A stretch of 54,050 nucleotides of DNA, taken from the NCBI GenBank assembly GCA_964580525.1, contig CAZOKN010000008.1, positions 1 through 54,050 of the forward strand. The letters run 5' to 3'. Below the pieces are notes generated by a model. The model worked only from the letters and a program-made list of their open reading frames with translations. It did not search any database and had not been told where the DNA came from. Position 1 is the first letter of the stretch; each line of letters begins with the position of its first letter. Below are positions 29,144 through 39,108 of this stretch, in pieces. The translations under genes were made by a program, and so were the position numbers. The stretch comes from an uncultured Rickettsiaceae bacterium. Lineage in GTDB: Bacteria; Pseudomonadota; Alphaproteobacteria; Rickettsiales; UBA6187.

Positions 29144-29908
29144 ATGGAAAAAATCGGCATTTCTGAAAAAAAACTATCATTACATGAACATCTCGGCGAG
29201 TTGCGTACGCGGCTGGTTTATTCTGTGATATTTTTTCTGCTGGCTTTTTGTGCTTGTTATTATTTTGCCCCGAGCATTTATAATTTTCTTGTAGAACCAT
29301 TGGCCACAATCTACAAAAATTCACCTGATAGAAAATTAATATATACCGGATTGACAGAGGCTTTCATAACCTACTTAAAAGTAGCTTTCTATACTGCGCT
29401 ATTTGTTTCTTTCCCTTTTATAGCATCACAGATTTATATCTTCCTAGCACCAGGACTTTATAAAAGCGAAAAAAAAGTTATCCTACCATTTTTAATTGCT
29501 ACACCTGTATTATTTTTAGCGGGTGGCTCACTAGTATATTATTTGATATTTCCGAAAGCATGGCAATTTTTTGTCAGCTTCGAAAGCCTTGGCACCGGCG
29601 GCAATCTTCCAATTCAACTTGAAGCAAAAGTAAGTGAATATTTATCTTTAGTTATTAGTTTAATTATAGCATTTGGCATGGCATTTCAAATTCCGGTAGT
29701 ACTAACTTTATTAGCAAAAGTTGGAATAATTTCATCAAGCTATTTAGTCAAAAACCGACGCTATGCCATAGTTATAATTTTCACAATCGCTGCCTTCATA
29801 ACACCACCAGATGTACTCAGCCAGATAAGCCTTGCCATACCAATGATGTTGTTATACGAATGTTCGATATTTTCATGTAAATGGGTAGAGAAAAAAGAAA
29901 ATGCATAA
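29144..29908 (+). CDS. tatC: twin-arginine translocase subunit TatC
   Basis: [12 protein letters not shown]..., FLAPGLY..EKK and six TM helices. ATG 29144 follows GGAGA (29134-29138). The track start at 29132 is TTG. Confidence 0.9.
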   Translation: MEKIGISEKKLSLHEHLGELRTRLVYSVIFFLLAFCACYYFAPSIYNFLVEPLATIYKNSPDRKLIYTGLTEAFITYLKVAFYTALFVSFPFIASQIYIFLAPGLYKSEKKVILPFLIATPVLFLAGGSLVYYLIFPKAWQFFVSFESLGTGGNLPIQLEAKVSEYLSLVISLIIAFGMAFQIPVVLTLLAKVGIISSSYLVKNRRYAIVIIFTIAAFITPPDVLSQISLAIPMMLLYECSIFSCKWVEKKENA

Positions 29909-31178
29909 TATTAAATTCATACGCGAGAATCCTAAGTTATTTGATGAAGCAATGGTTAAGCGCGGCCTTGCCCCTGTTGCAGACGAAATACTTGGGAGAG
30001 ATAAAGCAGTACGCGGTGAAAAAACCCAGCTACAGGAGTTGCAGCAGCAAGCCAATATCTGGGCAAAGAAAATTGGTGAATTAAAATCTAAAGGCGAAGA
30101 TGCAAGTGAGGCTCTGGCAAAATCTAAAGAGCTAAAACAAAAAATTGCCTCAATGAAAGAAGAATCTCAAGAAGAGCGCGAAGATATCCCAACTGAACTT
30201 GTTGATGAATTACTTTATTCTTTACCCAATATTCCATCTAATGATGTACCGGTTGGCGAAAGTGAGGACGATAATGTTGAAGTAAGACGATGGGGTAATA
30301 AGACGGAATTTAAATTTCATCCTAAGGAACATTTTGATCTTGGCGAACAATTAGGCCTTATGGATTTTGAGCAGACCGCTAAAATATCAGGCAGCCGCTT
30401 TGTTACTCTAAAAGGAGCTTTAGCAAAGTTGGAACGTGCGCTTGGTGAATTTATGCTCGATGTACATACTCAGGAATTTGGCTATGAAGAAACATCACCT
30501 CCAATTCTGGTTCGCGATGTTGCTATGTTTGGCACTGGCCAATTACCTAAATTTTCAGAGGATTCTTTTGAGACAACAAATGGCTATCGCCTGATTTCCA
30601 CATCAGAAATATCTTTAACAAATTTGGTAAGGGAAACTATACTTGAAAAAGAATCACTACCTCTACGATTTACTTCTAGAACGCCTTGTTTCCGTTCTGA
30701 AGCTGGTTCTGCCGGTAAAGATACAAAAGGCATGCTGCGCCAACACCAATTCTGGAAAGTTGAATTAGTAAGCATTACAGACGAAGAAAGCTCTGAATCT
30801 GAACACCAGCGCATGACAGCCTGTGCGGAAGAAATATTAAAACGCCTGAAATTACCATACAGGGTTATGTTGCTTTGCTCACAAGATATGGGATTCACAG
30901 CTACTAAAACTTATGATTTAGAAGTGTGGTTGCCAGGACAAGTGAAGTACCGCGAAGTTTCCAGTTGCTCCAATTGTGGAGATTTCCAGGCACGCCGTAT
31001 GAGTGCTCGTTATAAAGCTGGTGAAAAAGACAATCGCTTTGTGCATACACTAAATGGCTCAGGCCTCGCTGTTGGTCGGACATTAATTGCCGTTATGGAA
31101 AATTATCAGAATGCTGATGGTTCAATAACAGTTCCAGAAGTTTTGAGAAAATATATGGGCGTGGATAAAATATCTTAA
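29901..31178 (+). CDS. serS: seryl-tRNA synthetase
   Basis: N-terminal coiled-coil arm plus class II motifs ([42 protein letters not shown]). It overlaps tatC by 8 nt. Confidence 0.95.
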   Translation: MHNIKFIRENPKLFDEAMVKRGLAPVADEILGRDKAVRGEKTQLQELQQQANIWAKKIGELKSKGEDASEALAKSKELKQKIASMKEESQEEREDIPTELVDELLYSLPNIPSNDVPVGESEDDNVEVRRWGNKTEFKFHPKEHFDLGEQLGLMDFEQTAKISGSRFVTLKGALAKLERALGEFMLDVHTQEFGYEETSPPILVRDVAMFGTGQLPKFSEDSFETTNGYRLISTSEISLTNLVRETILEKESLPLRFTSRTPCFRSEAGSAGKDTKGMLRQHQFWKVELVSITDEESSESEHQRMTACAEEILKRLKLPYRVMLLCSQDMGFTATKTYDLEVWLPGQVKYREVSSCSNCGDFQARRMSARYKAGEKDNRFVHTLNGSGLAVGRTLIAVMENYQNADGSITVPEVLRKYMGVDKIS

Positions 31179-31187
31179 AAAATCACA

Positions 31188-31251
31188 AGTGTTTTATAAA
31201 TTCAATTAATACTAGGAGAACGACAACGTAGTAATGAATTTATAAAACACT
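31188..31251. repeat. 17-bp perfect inverted repeat with a 30-nt spacer between convergent serS and rsmJ
   Basis: agtgttttataaattca (31188-31204) is the exact reverse complement of tgaatttataaaacact (31235-31251). The right arm overlaps the rsmJ stop codon. Confidence 0.6.
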
Positions 31252-32017
31252 ATTTCCCTATTCCCATATTTACATAAACATCAAAGCGATTAGCTTTTCC
31301 TGTTATAGAAAAATCAGGTTCTTTATCTGCAAGGCTTGGAGCCAAACGTGGTCGTTTTATAACAACACGATATTTTGCCTTTGCTATCGCAGCTTCCAGC
31401 AATTTATCTGCATCCAAATCTTCTCCTATAATTTTTTGGAAAGTCTGCATTTCTTTTTTTACTAATGCCGACTTTTCTCTGTGGGGAAACATAGGATCTA
31501 GATAAACGACATCAGCCTTGCCATTATAATTTTTTAGGAACTCGTAAGCATCTCCTGAGTATAAAGATAACCGCCCCACAATCTCACTAATATCGGCAAC
31601 TTCACATGCACGCGCAATCCCATCTGATAGCATAGCATGTATAACTTTGTTGCGTTCAACCATCTCAACCTGCGCACCAAGTGATGCTAATATAAAAGCA
31701 TCCCTTCCAAGCCCAGCTGTTGCATCTATAACATGCGGATTCTTGAGATTTTTTAATCCCACAGCCTTTGCTAAATCCTGATTTTTTCCACCACCTTTTT
31801 TGCGACGATAATTCATTTCTTCGCTATTAAAATCTACATATACCGGCAAATCTTTTGATTCTGATTTTTTAAGACCAATGCCTTTGGTACCAACAATTAC
31901 AAAAAAATCTGCAGCTTCTTTAGCCTCACTTACCAAAGGTAAACCTATTTCCTTAGCAAGTTTAGTTGCCTTTTCTAAAAACGAACCATCTTCCGGCAAT
32001 ATGCAAATATTATCCAT
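31250..32017 (-). CDS. rsmJ: 16S rRNA (guanine1516-N2)-methyltransferase RsmJ (YhiQ family)
   Basis: [28 protein letters not shown] and VVYLDPMFP match the RsmJ signature. Confidence 0.75.
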   Translation of the reverse strand: MDNICILPEDGSFLEKATKLAKEIGLPLVSEAKEAADFFVIVGTKGIGLKKSESKDLPVYVDFNSEEMNYRRKKGGGKNQDLAKAVGLKNLKNPHVIDATAGLGRDAFILASLGAQVEMVERNKVIHAMLSDGIARACEVADISEIVGRLSLYSGDAYEFLKNYNGKADVVYLDPMFPHREKSALVKKEMQTFQKIIGEDLDADKLLEAAIAKAKYRVVIKRPRLAPSLADKEPDFSITGKANRFDVYVNMGIGK

Positions 32018-33992
32018 TCAATTCCAGATCCGCCGCTTCCATTTTATGTATCTTATCTCTAATTTCCGCTGCTTTTTCAAACTCAAGATTAGATGCTGCC
32101 TTTATCATTTCCTTGCGTAATTTCTCAATTTGTTTTTCTAAATCTTTACCATGCAAAATCTTTTCACCTTTAACCTTCGGCTTTTGCATATCATCAAAAG
32201 ATTTGCTAATAGCTTTCTTAACACTAAGAGGTGTAATACCATGCTTTTCATTATATGCAGATTGTATATCCCGCCTTCTGTTGGTTTCTGCCAAAGCACG
32301 CTCCAGAGACCTTGTCATTTTATCAGCATATAAAATCACTCTACCATCTACATTTCTTGCCGCGCGTCCAATTGTCTGGATAAGCGAGGTTTCCGAACGA
32401 AGGAAACCTTCTTTATCAGCATCCATAATCGCTACTAGACCACATTCAGGGATATCCAATCCTTCCCGTAGCAAATTAACTCCAACAAGGACGTCATAAA
32501 TACCTTTACGCAAGTCCTGTATAATTTCAATACGCTCCATTGTCTGAATATCAGAATGCATGTAAGTAACCTTCAATCCTGCTTCCTGTAGGTAGTCAGA
32601 TAAATCCTCTGCCATCCGTTTTGTTAGTGCAGTCACAAGCGTTCTATATCCAGCTTTTGCTGTTGCTTTGCATTCTTTGATAAGATCATCAACTTGCGTT
32701 TCTACAGGTCGAATAATACAAATTGGATCTATCAATCCTGTCGGCCTGATAATTTGTTCAACAAATTCACCGCCTGTTAAATCAAGTTCAAATTTTCCTG
32801 GCGTTGCCGAAACAAAAATTGTCTGCGGACGATTTTTATCCCACTCTTCAAATTTCAGAGGGCGGTTATCTCTTGCAGAAGGTAAACGGAAACCATGCTC
32901 CACCAAATTTAATTTTCGCGCCTGATCGCCATTATACATCGCACCAACTTGCGGCACTGTCGCATGACTTTCATCAATAAATAGCAGAGCATCTTTCGGT
33001 AAATATTCAAATAATGTAGGTGGCGGCTCACCTGCTTTTCTGCCAGATAGATACCGTGAATAATTTTCTATACCTTTACAAGCTCCAGCTTCATTTATCA
33101 TTTCAATATCAAAAGTTGTACGCTGGTCTATTCTTTGTGCTTCAAGATGCTTGCCTATGCTATAAAAAAAATCTGTACGTTCTTTCAGCTCTTCTTTGAT
33201 ATATTTTACTGCCTGCAAAAGTGTAGGCCGCGGCGTAACATAGTGGCTGTTAGCATATATAACCACCTCATTCATTTTTGCAAAACGCTCTCCGGTTAGT
33301 GGATCAAACTCAGAGATTTCTTCAATCTCATCACCAAAAAATGATAGGCGCCATGCTCTGTTTTCATAATGGGATGGGAATATATCAAGCTTATCTCCGC
33401 GAATACGGAAAGACCCGCGCAGAAAATTTATATCGTTACGCTCATATGCCAGCTCGACCAATTGTTGCGCTAATTTATTTTGGTTTATTTCCATTCCGGT
33501 TTTAAGAGGAATAGTCATCTGATAATAGAGTTCTGGCGAACCAATGCCATATATGCAAGAAACTGAAGCAACAACAATCACATCCTTACGCTCCAATAAC
33601 GATCTCGTTGCAGAGTGACGCAGCAAATCTATCTGCTCGTTTATAGCAGAATCTTTTTCAATAAAAGTGTCAGTCCTTGGGATATAAGCTTCCGGCTGAT
33701 AATAATCGTAATAAGAAACAAAATATTCAACTGCATTATTAGGGAAAAATTCCTTCATTTCACCATATAGCTGAGCAGCCAAAGTTTTATTATGCGCCAT
33801 AATCATGGTCGGCTTCTGTAAATTTTCTATGATATTAGCCATAGTAAATGTTTTACCAGAACCAGTAACTCCCAGCAGAACCTGATTCTTTTCACCATCT
33901 TTTAGTCCACTCACAAGCTTATCAATTGCCTGAGGTTGATCTCCAGAGGGTTTAAATTCTGATTCTATTTTAAATCTATTTGCCATTGTCAT
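32010..33992 (-). CDS. uvrB: excinuclease ABC subunit B
   Basis: [13 protein letters not shown]....[14 protein letters not shown], helicase motifs, and the C-terminal UVR domain ([13 protein letters not shown]). Confidence 0.97.
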   Translation of the reverse strand: MTMANRFKIESEFKPSGDQPQAIDKLVSGLKDGEKNQVLLGVTGSGKTFTMANIIENLQKPTMIMAHNKTLAAQLYGEMKEFFPNNAVEYFVSYYDYYQPEAYIPRTDTFIEKDSAINEQIDLLRHSATRSLLERKDVIVVASVSCIYGIGSPELYYQMTIPLKTGMEINQNKLAQQLVELAYERNDINFLRGSFRIRGDKLDIFPSHYENRAWRLSFFGDEIEEISEFDPLTGERFAKMNEVVIYANSHYVTPRPTLLQAVKYIKEELKERTDFFYSIGKHLEAQRIDQRTTFDIEMINEAGACKGIENYSRYLSGRKAGEPPPTLFEYLPKDALLFIDESHATVPQVGAMYNGDQARKLNLVEHGFRLPSARDNRPLKFEEWDKNRPQTIFVSATPGKFELDLTGGEFVEQIIRPTGLIDPICIIRPVETQVDDLIKECKATAKAGYRTLVTALTKRMAEDLSDYLQEAGLKVTYMHSDIQTMERIEIIQDLRKGIYDVLVGVNLLREGLDIPECGLVAIMDADKEGFLRSETSLIQTIGRAARNVDGRVILYADKMTRSLERALAETNRRRDIQSAYNEKHGITPLSVKKAISKSFDDMQKPKVKGEKILHGKDLEKQIEKLRKEMIKAASNLEFEKAAEIRDKIHKMEAADLELNG

Positions 33993-34176
33993 GGTTATTT
34001 TTGTTTGTGATTGTCTTATAACCTATATAAGGCTTTATGCCTATCAAATATCTATGCAACATTTTACTCGCTGAACTCTTTACTTTAGATAAAAAATTAG
34101 AGAAAATGACCCCATCATTAAATTAACAAAATCTCTACATATTAATCTTAGTAGAGAAATTTCTAGAAGGATTTAT

Positions 34177-34434
34177 ATGGCTGCAAACGTTATAATCTAC
34201 ACCACAAAAACCTGTCCATATTGTGTAAAAGCCAAAATGCTTCTTGATAAAAAAGGGGCTAAATATAGCGAAATAGACGCATCGGATAGTAAAATCCGTG
34301 AAAACTTAATTCAAAAAGCTGGTGGCATGCGCACCGTTCCACAAATTTTTATCAATAATAAACATATCGGCGGCTGCGACAATCTTTATGAATTAGACAG
34401 CAAAGGCGAGCTAGATAAATTGCTCACGGCATAA
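34177..34434 (+). CDS. grxC: glutaredoxin 3
   Basis: 85 aa with the CPYC active site, TVPQIFI and GGCDDL-like (GGCDNL) motifs. Confidence 0.9.
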   Translation: MAANVIIYTTKTCPYCVKAKMLLDKKGAKYSEIDASDSKIRENLIQKAGGMRTVPQIFINNKHIGGCDNLYELDSKGELDKLLTA

Positions 34435-34437
34435 AAA

Positions 34438-34467
34438 AACACAGTCTCATCGGACTGTGTTGTTTTT
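34438..34467. terminator. bidirectional rho-independent terminator shared by convergent grxC and rpmJ
   Basis: aacacagtc-tcatcg-gactgtgtt hairpin, flanked by A7 upstream and T5 downstream. Confidence 0.6.
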
Positions 34468-34494
34468 ACTAAAAAACCCAATTTCCAGGCAAAA

Positions 34495-34611
34495 CTAGCC
34501 CTGACGTTGTTTATGACGAGGATTCTTAGCGCAGATTATACGAACCGTACCTTTACGGCGAATAACCTTACAATCTTTACAGATTTTCTTTACCGAAGCC
34601 CTAACTTTCAT
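34495..34611 (-). CDS. rpmJ: 50S ribosomal protein L36
   Basis: Not in the ORF track (38 aa). Manual translation gives [38 protein letters not shown] followed by a stop, which is canonical L36 with the CxxC...C...H zinc ribbon. Confidence 0.9.
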   Translation of the reverse strand: MKVRASVKKICKDCKVIRRKGTVRIICAKNPRHKQRQG

Positions 34612-34700
34612 CCCTATGCACCAATATTAAAATTAAAGGAGAGAATCTCATAACCTGTAAATGACCCTATGTCAAACAATAAAAAGGGTTTTGCTGTGTT

Positions 34701-35879
34701 TTATGCTATAAAATACGCCAAAAACTTGAGATATCCGGTTTCGGGCAATTGCGGATGCACAGGGTGATCTTTATCTGCGCCAAGCTTTTTGACAAACTTG
34801 AACTCTCTGCCAGCCTTAACAATTCCCTGTTCTATAGCTTTTTGAAATTCATGGCTTGATGCATGATGCGAGCAGGAAGCTATACAAAAATTTCCACCAG
34901 CTGCAACCGCTCCCGCACATAACCATGCAAGCTTCTGATAGCCTTTTAGACCGGAAGCCTTATGTTTTTTCTCTTTCACAAAGGCCGGAGGATCCGCCAT
35001 AATCACATCAAATTTCTTACCATCGCGAATGCATTTTTCTAAATATTCATAAGCATCCGAGCGCACAAATTCACAAACCTCTAAAACACCGTTTCGCTCT
35101 GCAGCCTTTTTTGATAAATCAAGTGCAAGTGCTGATGAATCAACAATAGTAATAGACTTAGCTCCAGCAATAGCCGAAGGTAAACCAAAACCACCGCTAT
35201 GCGAATATAAATCAAGAACTGTTTTGCCCTTTACCAAACCAGCTACATATTGCCGATTTGCTCGTTGATCGAAAAACCACCCTGTTTTCTGCCCAGTTAA
35301 AAGATTAGCATAGTATATCGTACTAGATTCTTTAACTTCAACCAGCTCTGGCACTTTACCTTTATAAACAGAAACACCTGGCACTAAACCTTCTTTTTTA
35401 CGAGCAGGTATATCATCGCGAAATATTATACATTCTGGCTTAAGTAAATTTTCTAACGCCTCAAGCCAAACGGGCTTTAATCTTTCCATTCCGGCCGTGG
35501 ATGTCTGACAAACCAGAATATCACCAAAACGATCTATAATAAGGCCAGGAAGACCATCACTATCTGAATGGATTAAACGATAATAAGGTTGTTTAATGAG
35601 ATGTTCACGCTTCGTTAAAGCTACTTTAAACAAGCCATAAAAAAAATGTTTATTAATTTCAGTCTTTGGATTTAGAGACAAAACTCTACAAAATAGGATG
35701 GTATTAGGATTTATATATCCCAATGCAATTGGTTTAGCACGGTTATCAAGTATTTGTACAAGTTCTCCGGGAGTTGCCATCTCCAGCTCGGAAGTAAATT
35801 CCACCATGCTTTTGAAAATCCATGGATTGCCAGCCAATATTTTCTTAGCTTCGTCTCTTTTCAAAAGTAATGACAGCAT
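34701..35879 (-). CDS. rlmI: class I SAM-dependent 23S rRNA (cytosine-C5) methyltransferase, RlmI/RlmK-like
   Basis: PUA-like N-terminus (GNPWIF), VLDLYSHSGGFG motif I and ADPPAF motif IV. Its start lies 1 nt after the stop of the upstream glycosyltransferase gene. Confidence 0.75.
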   Translation of the reverse strand: MLSLLLKRDEAKKILAGNPWIFKSMVEFTSELEMATPGELVQILDNRAKPIALGYINPNTILFCRVLSLNPKTEINKHFFYGLFKVALTKREHLIKQPYYRLIHSDSDGLPGLIIDRFGDILVCQTSTAGMERLKPVWLEALENLLKPECIIFRDDIPARKKEGLVPGVSVYKGKVPELVEVKESSTIYYANLLTGQKTGWFFDQRANRQYVAGLVKGKTVLDLYSHSGGFGLPSAIAGAKSITIVDSSALALDLSKKAAERNGVLEVCEFVRSDAYEYLEKCIRDGKKFDVIMADPPAFVKEKKHKASGLKGYQKLAWLCAGAVAAGGNFCIASCSHHASSHEFQKAIEQGIVKAGREFKFVKKLGADKDHPVHPQLPETGYLKFLAYFIA

Positions 35880-35880
35880 G

Positions 35881-38019
35881 TTAAGCTATCTTTTTGCTTT
35901 CAAAATCGACAACTTCCAGAGGACGCAATATCTTTTCTTCCAGCTTTGGCAATTCTGCAGAAGATGCAGCAAACCATTTGGTAGACTTTATAGATGCAAC
36001 CATGTCTTCTAGATTATTTTTCCAACCAATATACTGGAAATAAGCATAGAAGAAAAATGAGCCATTAAGGGCCGCAAAGCTTGCATGTGCATATTTCTCA
36101 ACATAAACATCATAAAAGAACATTACCACACAAACAGCAGGCATAGCTACTTCCGCCAAGCAATATATAAGAGGAGCAGAAGTTCTACCAGGAACTTTTG
36201 GTGTACGGCCAAAAGGTATTTTTTCCTTGGTTATAGCTTGCTCTATAGATTTCAAAACACCACCAATAACTACGGGTATAAGCATCAGGGTAAGTGAATA
36301 AATTCTGAACATATCGCTGTATTTATAACCAAAGAATTTCAAATCTCTAGCATACAAAACAAAGCAAGGTATCGCAGCTATCAACATCCACAAAGACGCA
36401 ATTTTGTCGGGGAAAGGATAGAACAATAACAACAATGTCGCAATTGTTCCGGTAGTTAGCGCTGTAAGATGGTGAAAACGTAATAAAAACTCTTTTAACA
36501 AAGCAAAACTTTTCGGAGTTTTTAAAGCCGATTTAATCAATTTAGGCACTAGCAACAAACCGCCATTTGCCCAACGTCTACGCTGTATGAGCAAAGAACC
36601 AAAATCCGGTGGAGTAGCACTATACGCCAATCTTTCAGGATAATTACAAAGCTTCCAACCCATATACACAAGGTCAATACTTGATTCTGTATCTTCGATT
36701 ACTGTTCTGTTTTGGATAAAAATCTTAACAGGATAACCGCGCTCCATCTTAGTTTCGCAGATATCGTTAAGAGCCGATCTTCTTAAGCAAGCATTCGCGC
36801 CACCCCAGAAGGTTGCATTATATTCTGTAAGACCTTGATGGATACCAAATTGTACGTCAGTACTTGCTCCAGCAACACGCTCTAACATATTAGGAGCATC
36901 AGGATAGGCCGTATATGGAGTTTGTATAACTGCCATATTAGAATTCATTGGCCTTTCCATTTCATAAACTAGCCTTAAAGCATAGTCAGGCTCTATCATG
37001 CTATCTGCATCAAGTGTTATGATATAATCAGCTTTATTGAAAGATATATCGGCTGATTCTGGCGCGGCCAAATCAAGATGCAAACCATCTTCTTCCATTC
37101 TTTCTCTATAGGAATTTCCCATAACACTTATATAGCCATTCAAATTCATAGCTTTATTAGATTCATGAGAAAGGTTTTGGTATTTCTTACGCTCAAAACT
37201 AGAAAATTTAGTATTAAATAAAGATGCAAGCCTACTATAGTGTTTATGAATTCCATCGAGAGTAAGATTCCTTATATCAACTATCTCTTTTGAGAATTTA
37301 CGATGTCTTTCTGCAGGAGCTTTAAGCATTCTGTTAACAAAGAATTTGTGAACATGGTTACCAAATCCAGCACCCATATCAGCAACAAACCAATCAGCCA
37401 TTTTTTCAAAACATTCAGCCGCTTCTTCATAAAGACGGGCTAGGTTAAGTCTTTCTTGCTCGATTTCAACTTCATCTGCATTTATTCTTTGGCGGAAGGC
37501 AATAAGTTCGAACTGGAAACCAGCTCTCATAGAATCAAACATTTTTTGCAGTTGGAAAGGGATTTCCCTTGTTTCTTCAAGTTTCTTTCTATCATCATAT
37601 AATTTAGGGTTATATGGATCATCAACCAGCAAAACAACTTCCTTGCTTGGATATTCCGACAAAGCAGCAGAAACAACAGTTTGAATTATAACATCTCTTT
37701 CCTCTTTATAAGAAGGAACTAAAACTGCCAAAGAAGGAGATTTTTTGGAATAAAAATCCAACAAACTTTCCATAGGAATGGGCTTATGCTGACTAACTTT
37801 TTTTAGATCTTGCAAACGACAGAATAAATACAAGAAACTTCCATAGCTTATAAAGAAAACAGAGAAGGAAAAAATTCCTATTTGCAGCAATGACATATAG
37901 TCACCAAAAACGAAGCTATGCCACGCAGAACTAACCAGAGATGATACAAGGAGGGCAGTCGCAACAACAGCCACAGTGATAAAACACTGGGTAACAATTA
38001 TCTCTTTTTTGTAATTCAT
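35881..38019 (-). CDS. membrane-integrated processive family-2 glycosyltransferase (cellulose/curdlan-synthase-like beta-glycan synthase)
   Basis: N- and C-terminal TM bundles. Ordered motifs are LLVDDP, NKAMNLN (KAGNxN-like), TLDADS (DxD), IQTP, IEDTES (TED-like) and QRRRW (QxxRW). No PilZ-like C-terminus is visible. Confidence 0.7.
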   Translation of the reverse strand: MNYKKEIIVTQCFITVAVVATALLVSSLVSSAWHSFVFGDYMSLLQIGIFSFSVFFISYGSFLYLFCRLQDLKKVSQHKPIPMESLLDFYSKKSPSLAVLVPSYKEERDVIIQTVVSAALSEYPSKEVVLLVDDPYNPKLYDDRKKLEETREIPFQLQKMFDSMRAGFQFELIAFRQRINADEVEIEQERLNLARLYEEAAECFEKMADWFVADMGAGFGNHVHKFFVNRMLKAPAERHRKFSKEIVDIRNLTLDGIHKHYSRLASLFNTKFSSFERKKYQNLSHESNKAMNLNGYISVMGNSYRERMEEDGLHLDLAAPESADISFNKADYIITLDADSMIEPDYALRLVYEMERPMNSNMAVIQTPYTAYPDAPNMLERVAGASTDVQFGIHQGLTEYNATFWGGANACLRRSALNDICETKMERGYPVKIFIQNRTVIEDTESSIDLVYMGWKLCNYPERLAYSATPPDFGSLLIQRRRWANGGLLLVPKLIKSALKTPKSFALLKEFLLRFHHLTALTTGTIATLLLLFYPFPDKIASLWMLIAAIPCFVLYARDLKFFGYKYSDMFRIYSLTLMLIPVVIGGVLKSIEQAITKEKIPFGRTPKVPGRTSAPLIYCLAEVAMPAVCVVMFFYDVYVEKYAHASFAALNGSFFFYAYFQYIGWKNNLEDMVASIKSTKWFAASSAELPKLEEKILRPLEVVDFESKKIA

Positions 38020-38203
38020 AAATCCCTAAAATTTCATCCTCCAATAATCAGGAAGGACGATAATATATAACAGATTTTTTGCCATCATTCAAGTTCATTT
38101 ACGAGATAATAACGCGACACAACAGCATTTTCATCTTTAGATTGTAATTCTTATAACAACGCATAACTATTTGTTGTTATATCTTTAAGTTTATAATTCA
38201 GAA

Positions 38204-38971
38204 TTATCTAATTTCCATGATACTCATAGAATGTTCTGGAAACAAAATACACAGTAAAAGAGATGCAATTAAAGCGGGAGCAAAAGGGAATTCAGGGCCT
38301 TTTCCGAGTTTTTTCCATATTAGGGATGTAAAAATTCCCATTAAGCCTGACATAAGCATAAAAGGTACGAAACCCTGAATTCCTAAGAATAAACCAGCTA
38401 CGGCGAAGAATTTTACATCGCCCATACCTAGTCCTTCCTTCTTTTTCCAAAGCCAGAATCCATATCTTAAAGACAATGAGATAAATAGGCCGGCAAGTGG
38501 CCCGGTGAAATATTCACTTAATTCTGATTCAGCATTGTAGCGATATAGAATGCCAATTGGGATTATGGCAATCTGTAGAATATCAGGAATGATCTGATGC
38601 TCGAAATCTATAACAGTTATAATTACAAGAACAACCACCAACGCGTAGATAGGCAAGGAAACCAAGGTAAAGCCGTATATTAGATAAACCATAACAAATA
38701 ATGTAGCCATGAAAGCTTCAGTTAAAGGATACCGACATGATATAGCTACCTTGCAATAACGGCATTTCCCTAGGTTAAAAAGCCATGAAAATAGAGGAAA
38801 AAGATCCAAAAACCCAAGATGGTGGCCACAAGATGGGCAGCCAGATCTTTTAACTACTAAATCTTCTCCCCTGGGTATCCTATAGCTGGCCATAGTGGCA
38901 AAACTGCCAAATAGCATGCCAAACACCAGGGCTATAATCACACCCATCCATTTATCGATAACTATTTCCAT
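38204..38971 (-). CDS. pilD: prepilin peptidase (A24 family, PilD/GspO-like)
   Basis: CPSCGHHL...CRYC zinc-binding pairs, GMGDVKF and a second Asp-containing TM region, and 7-8 TM helices. Confidence 0.85.
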   Translation of the reverse strand: MEIVIDKWMGVIIALVFGMLFGSFATMASYRIPRGEDLVVKRSGCPSCGHHLGFLDLFPLFSWLFNLGKCRYCKVAISCRYPLTEAFMATLFVMVYLIYGFTLVSLPIYALVVVLVIITVIDFEHQIIPDILQIAIIPIGILYRYNAESELSEYFTGPLAGLFISLSLRYGFWLWKKKEGLGMGDVKFFAVAGLFLGIQGFVPFMLMSGLMGIFTSLIWKKLGKGPEFPFAPALIASLLLCILFPEHSMSIMEIR

Positions 38972-39048
38972 TTTTAGCCTTTATTTAATGGTCTTTATCA
39001 ACTAATGGTACTAGTAAATACATTAAAGTACAGAATTATCATACTTTA

Positions 39049-39077
39049 TTAACTTTTAGGCTATAAAATGGTATAAT
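39049..39077 (+). promoter_or_regulatory. putative extended -10 promoter for the pseudopilin genes
   Basis: TTAACT (39049-39054), a 17-nt spacer including TG, then TATAAT (39072-39077), so TGgTATAAT at 39069-39077. It lies about 30 nt upstream of ATG 39109. Confidence 0.4.
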
Positions 39078-39108
39078 GTAGTAACACTATATTAACAAAT
39101 GCGACTCA

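Noticed and set aside
31966-32499. A 177-aa plus-strand ORF spanning the rsmJ/uvrB junction.
   Set aside because: It is antisense to two well-supported genes (the rsmJ N-terminus and the uvrB C-terminus). The translation is Ser/Leu/Ile-rich with no domain.
33993-34176. A search for an alphaproteobacterial SOS box (GTTC-N7-GTTC / GAAC-N7-GAAC) upstream of uvrB.
   Set aside because: Only a single GAAC is present. The 7-bp inverted repeat tctctac...gtagaga (about 34130-34157) lies nearer grxC and has no known regulator match.
38020-38203. A possible riboswitch or leader upstream of the GT2 synthase (9-bp inverted repeat tataacaac...gttgttata, a three-codon mini-ORF, and tccttcc/ggagga pairing).
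   Set aside because: There is no match to any riboswitch consensus I know, including c-di-GMP classes. The pairings are short and AT-rich, and the repeat is equally well explained as a weak pilD terminator.
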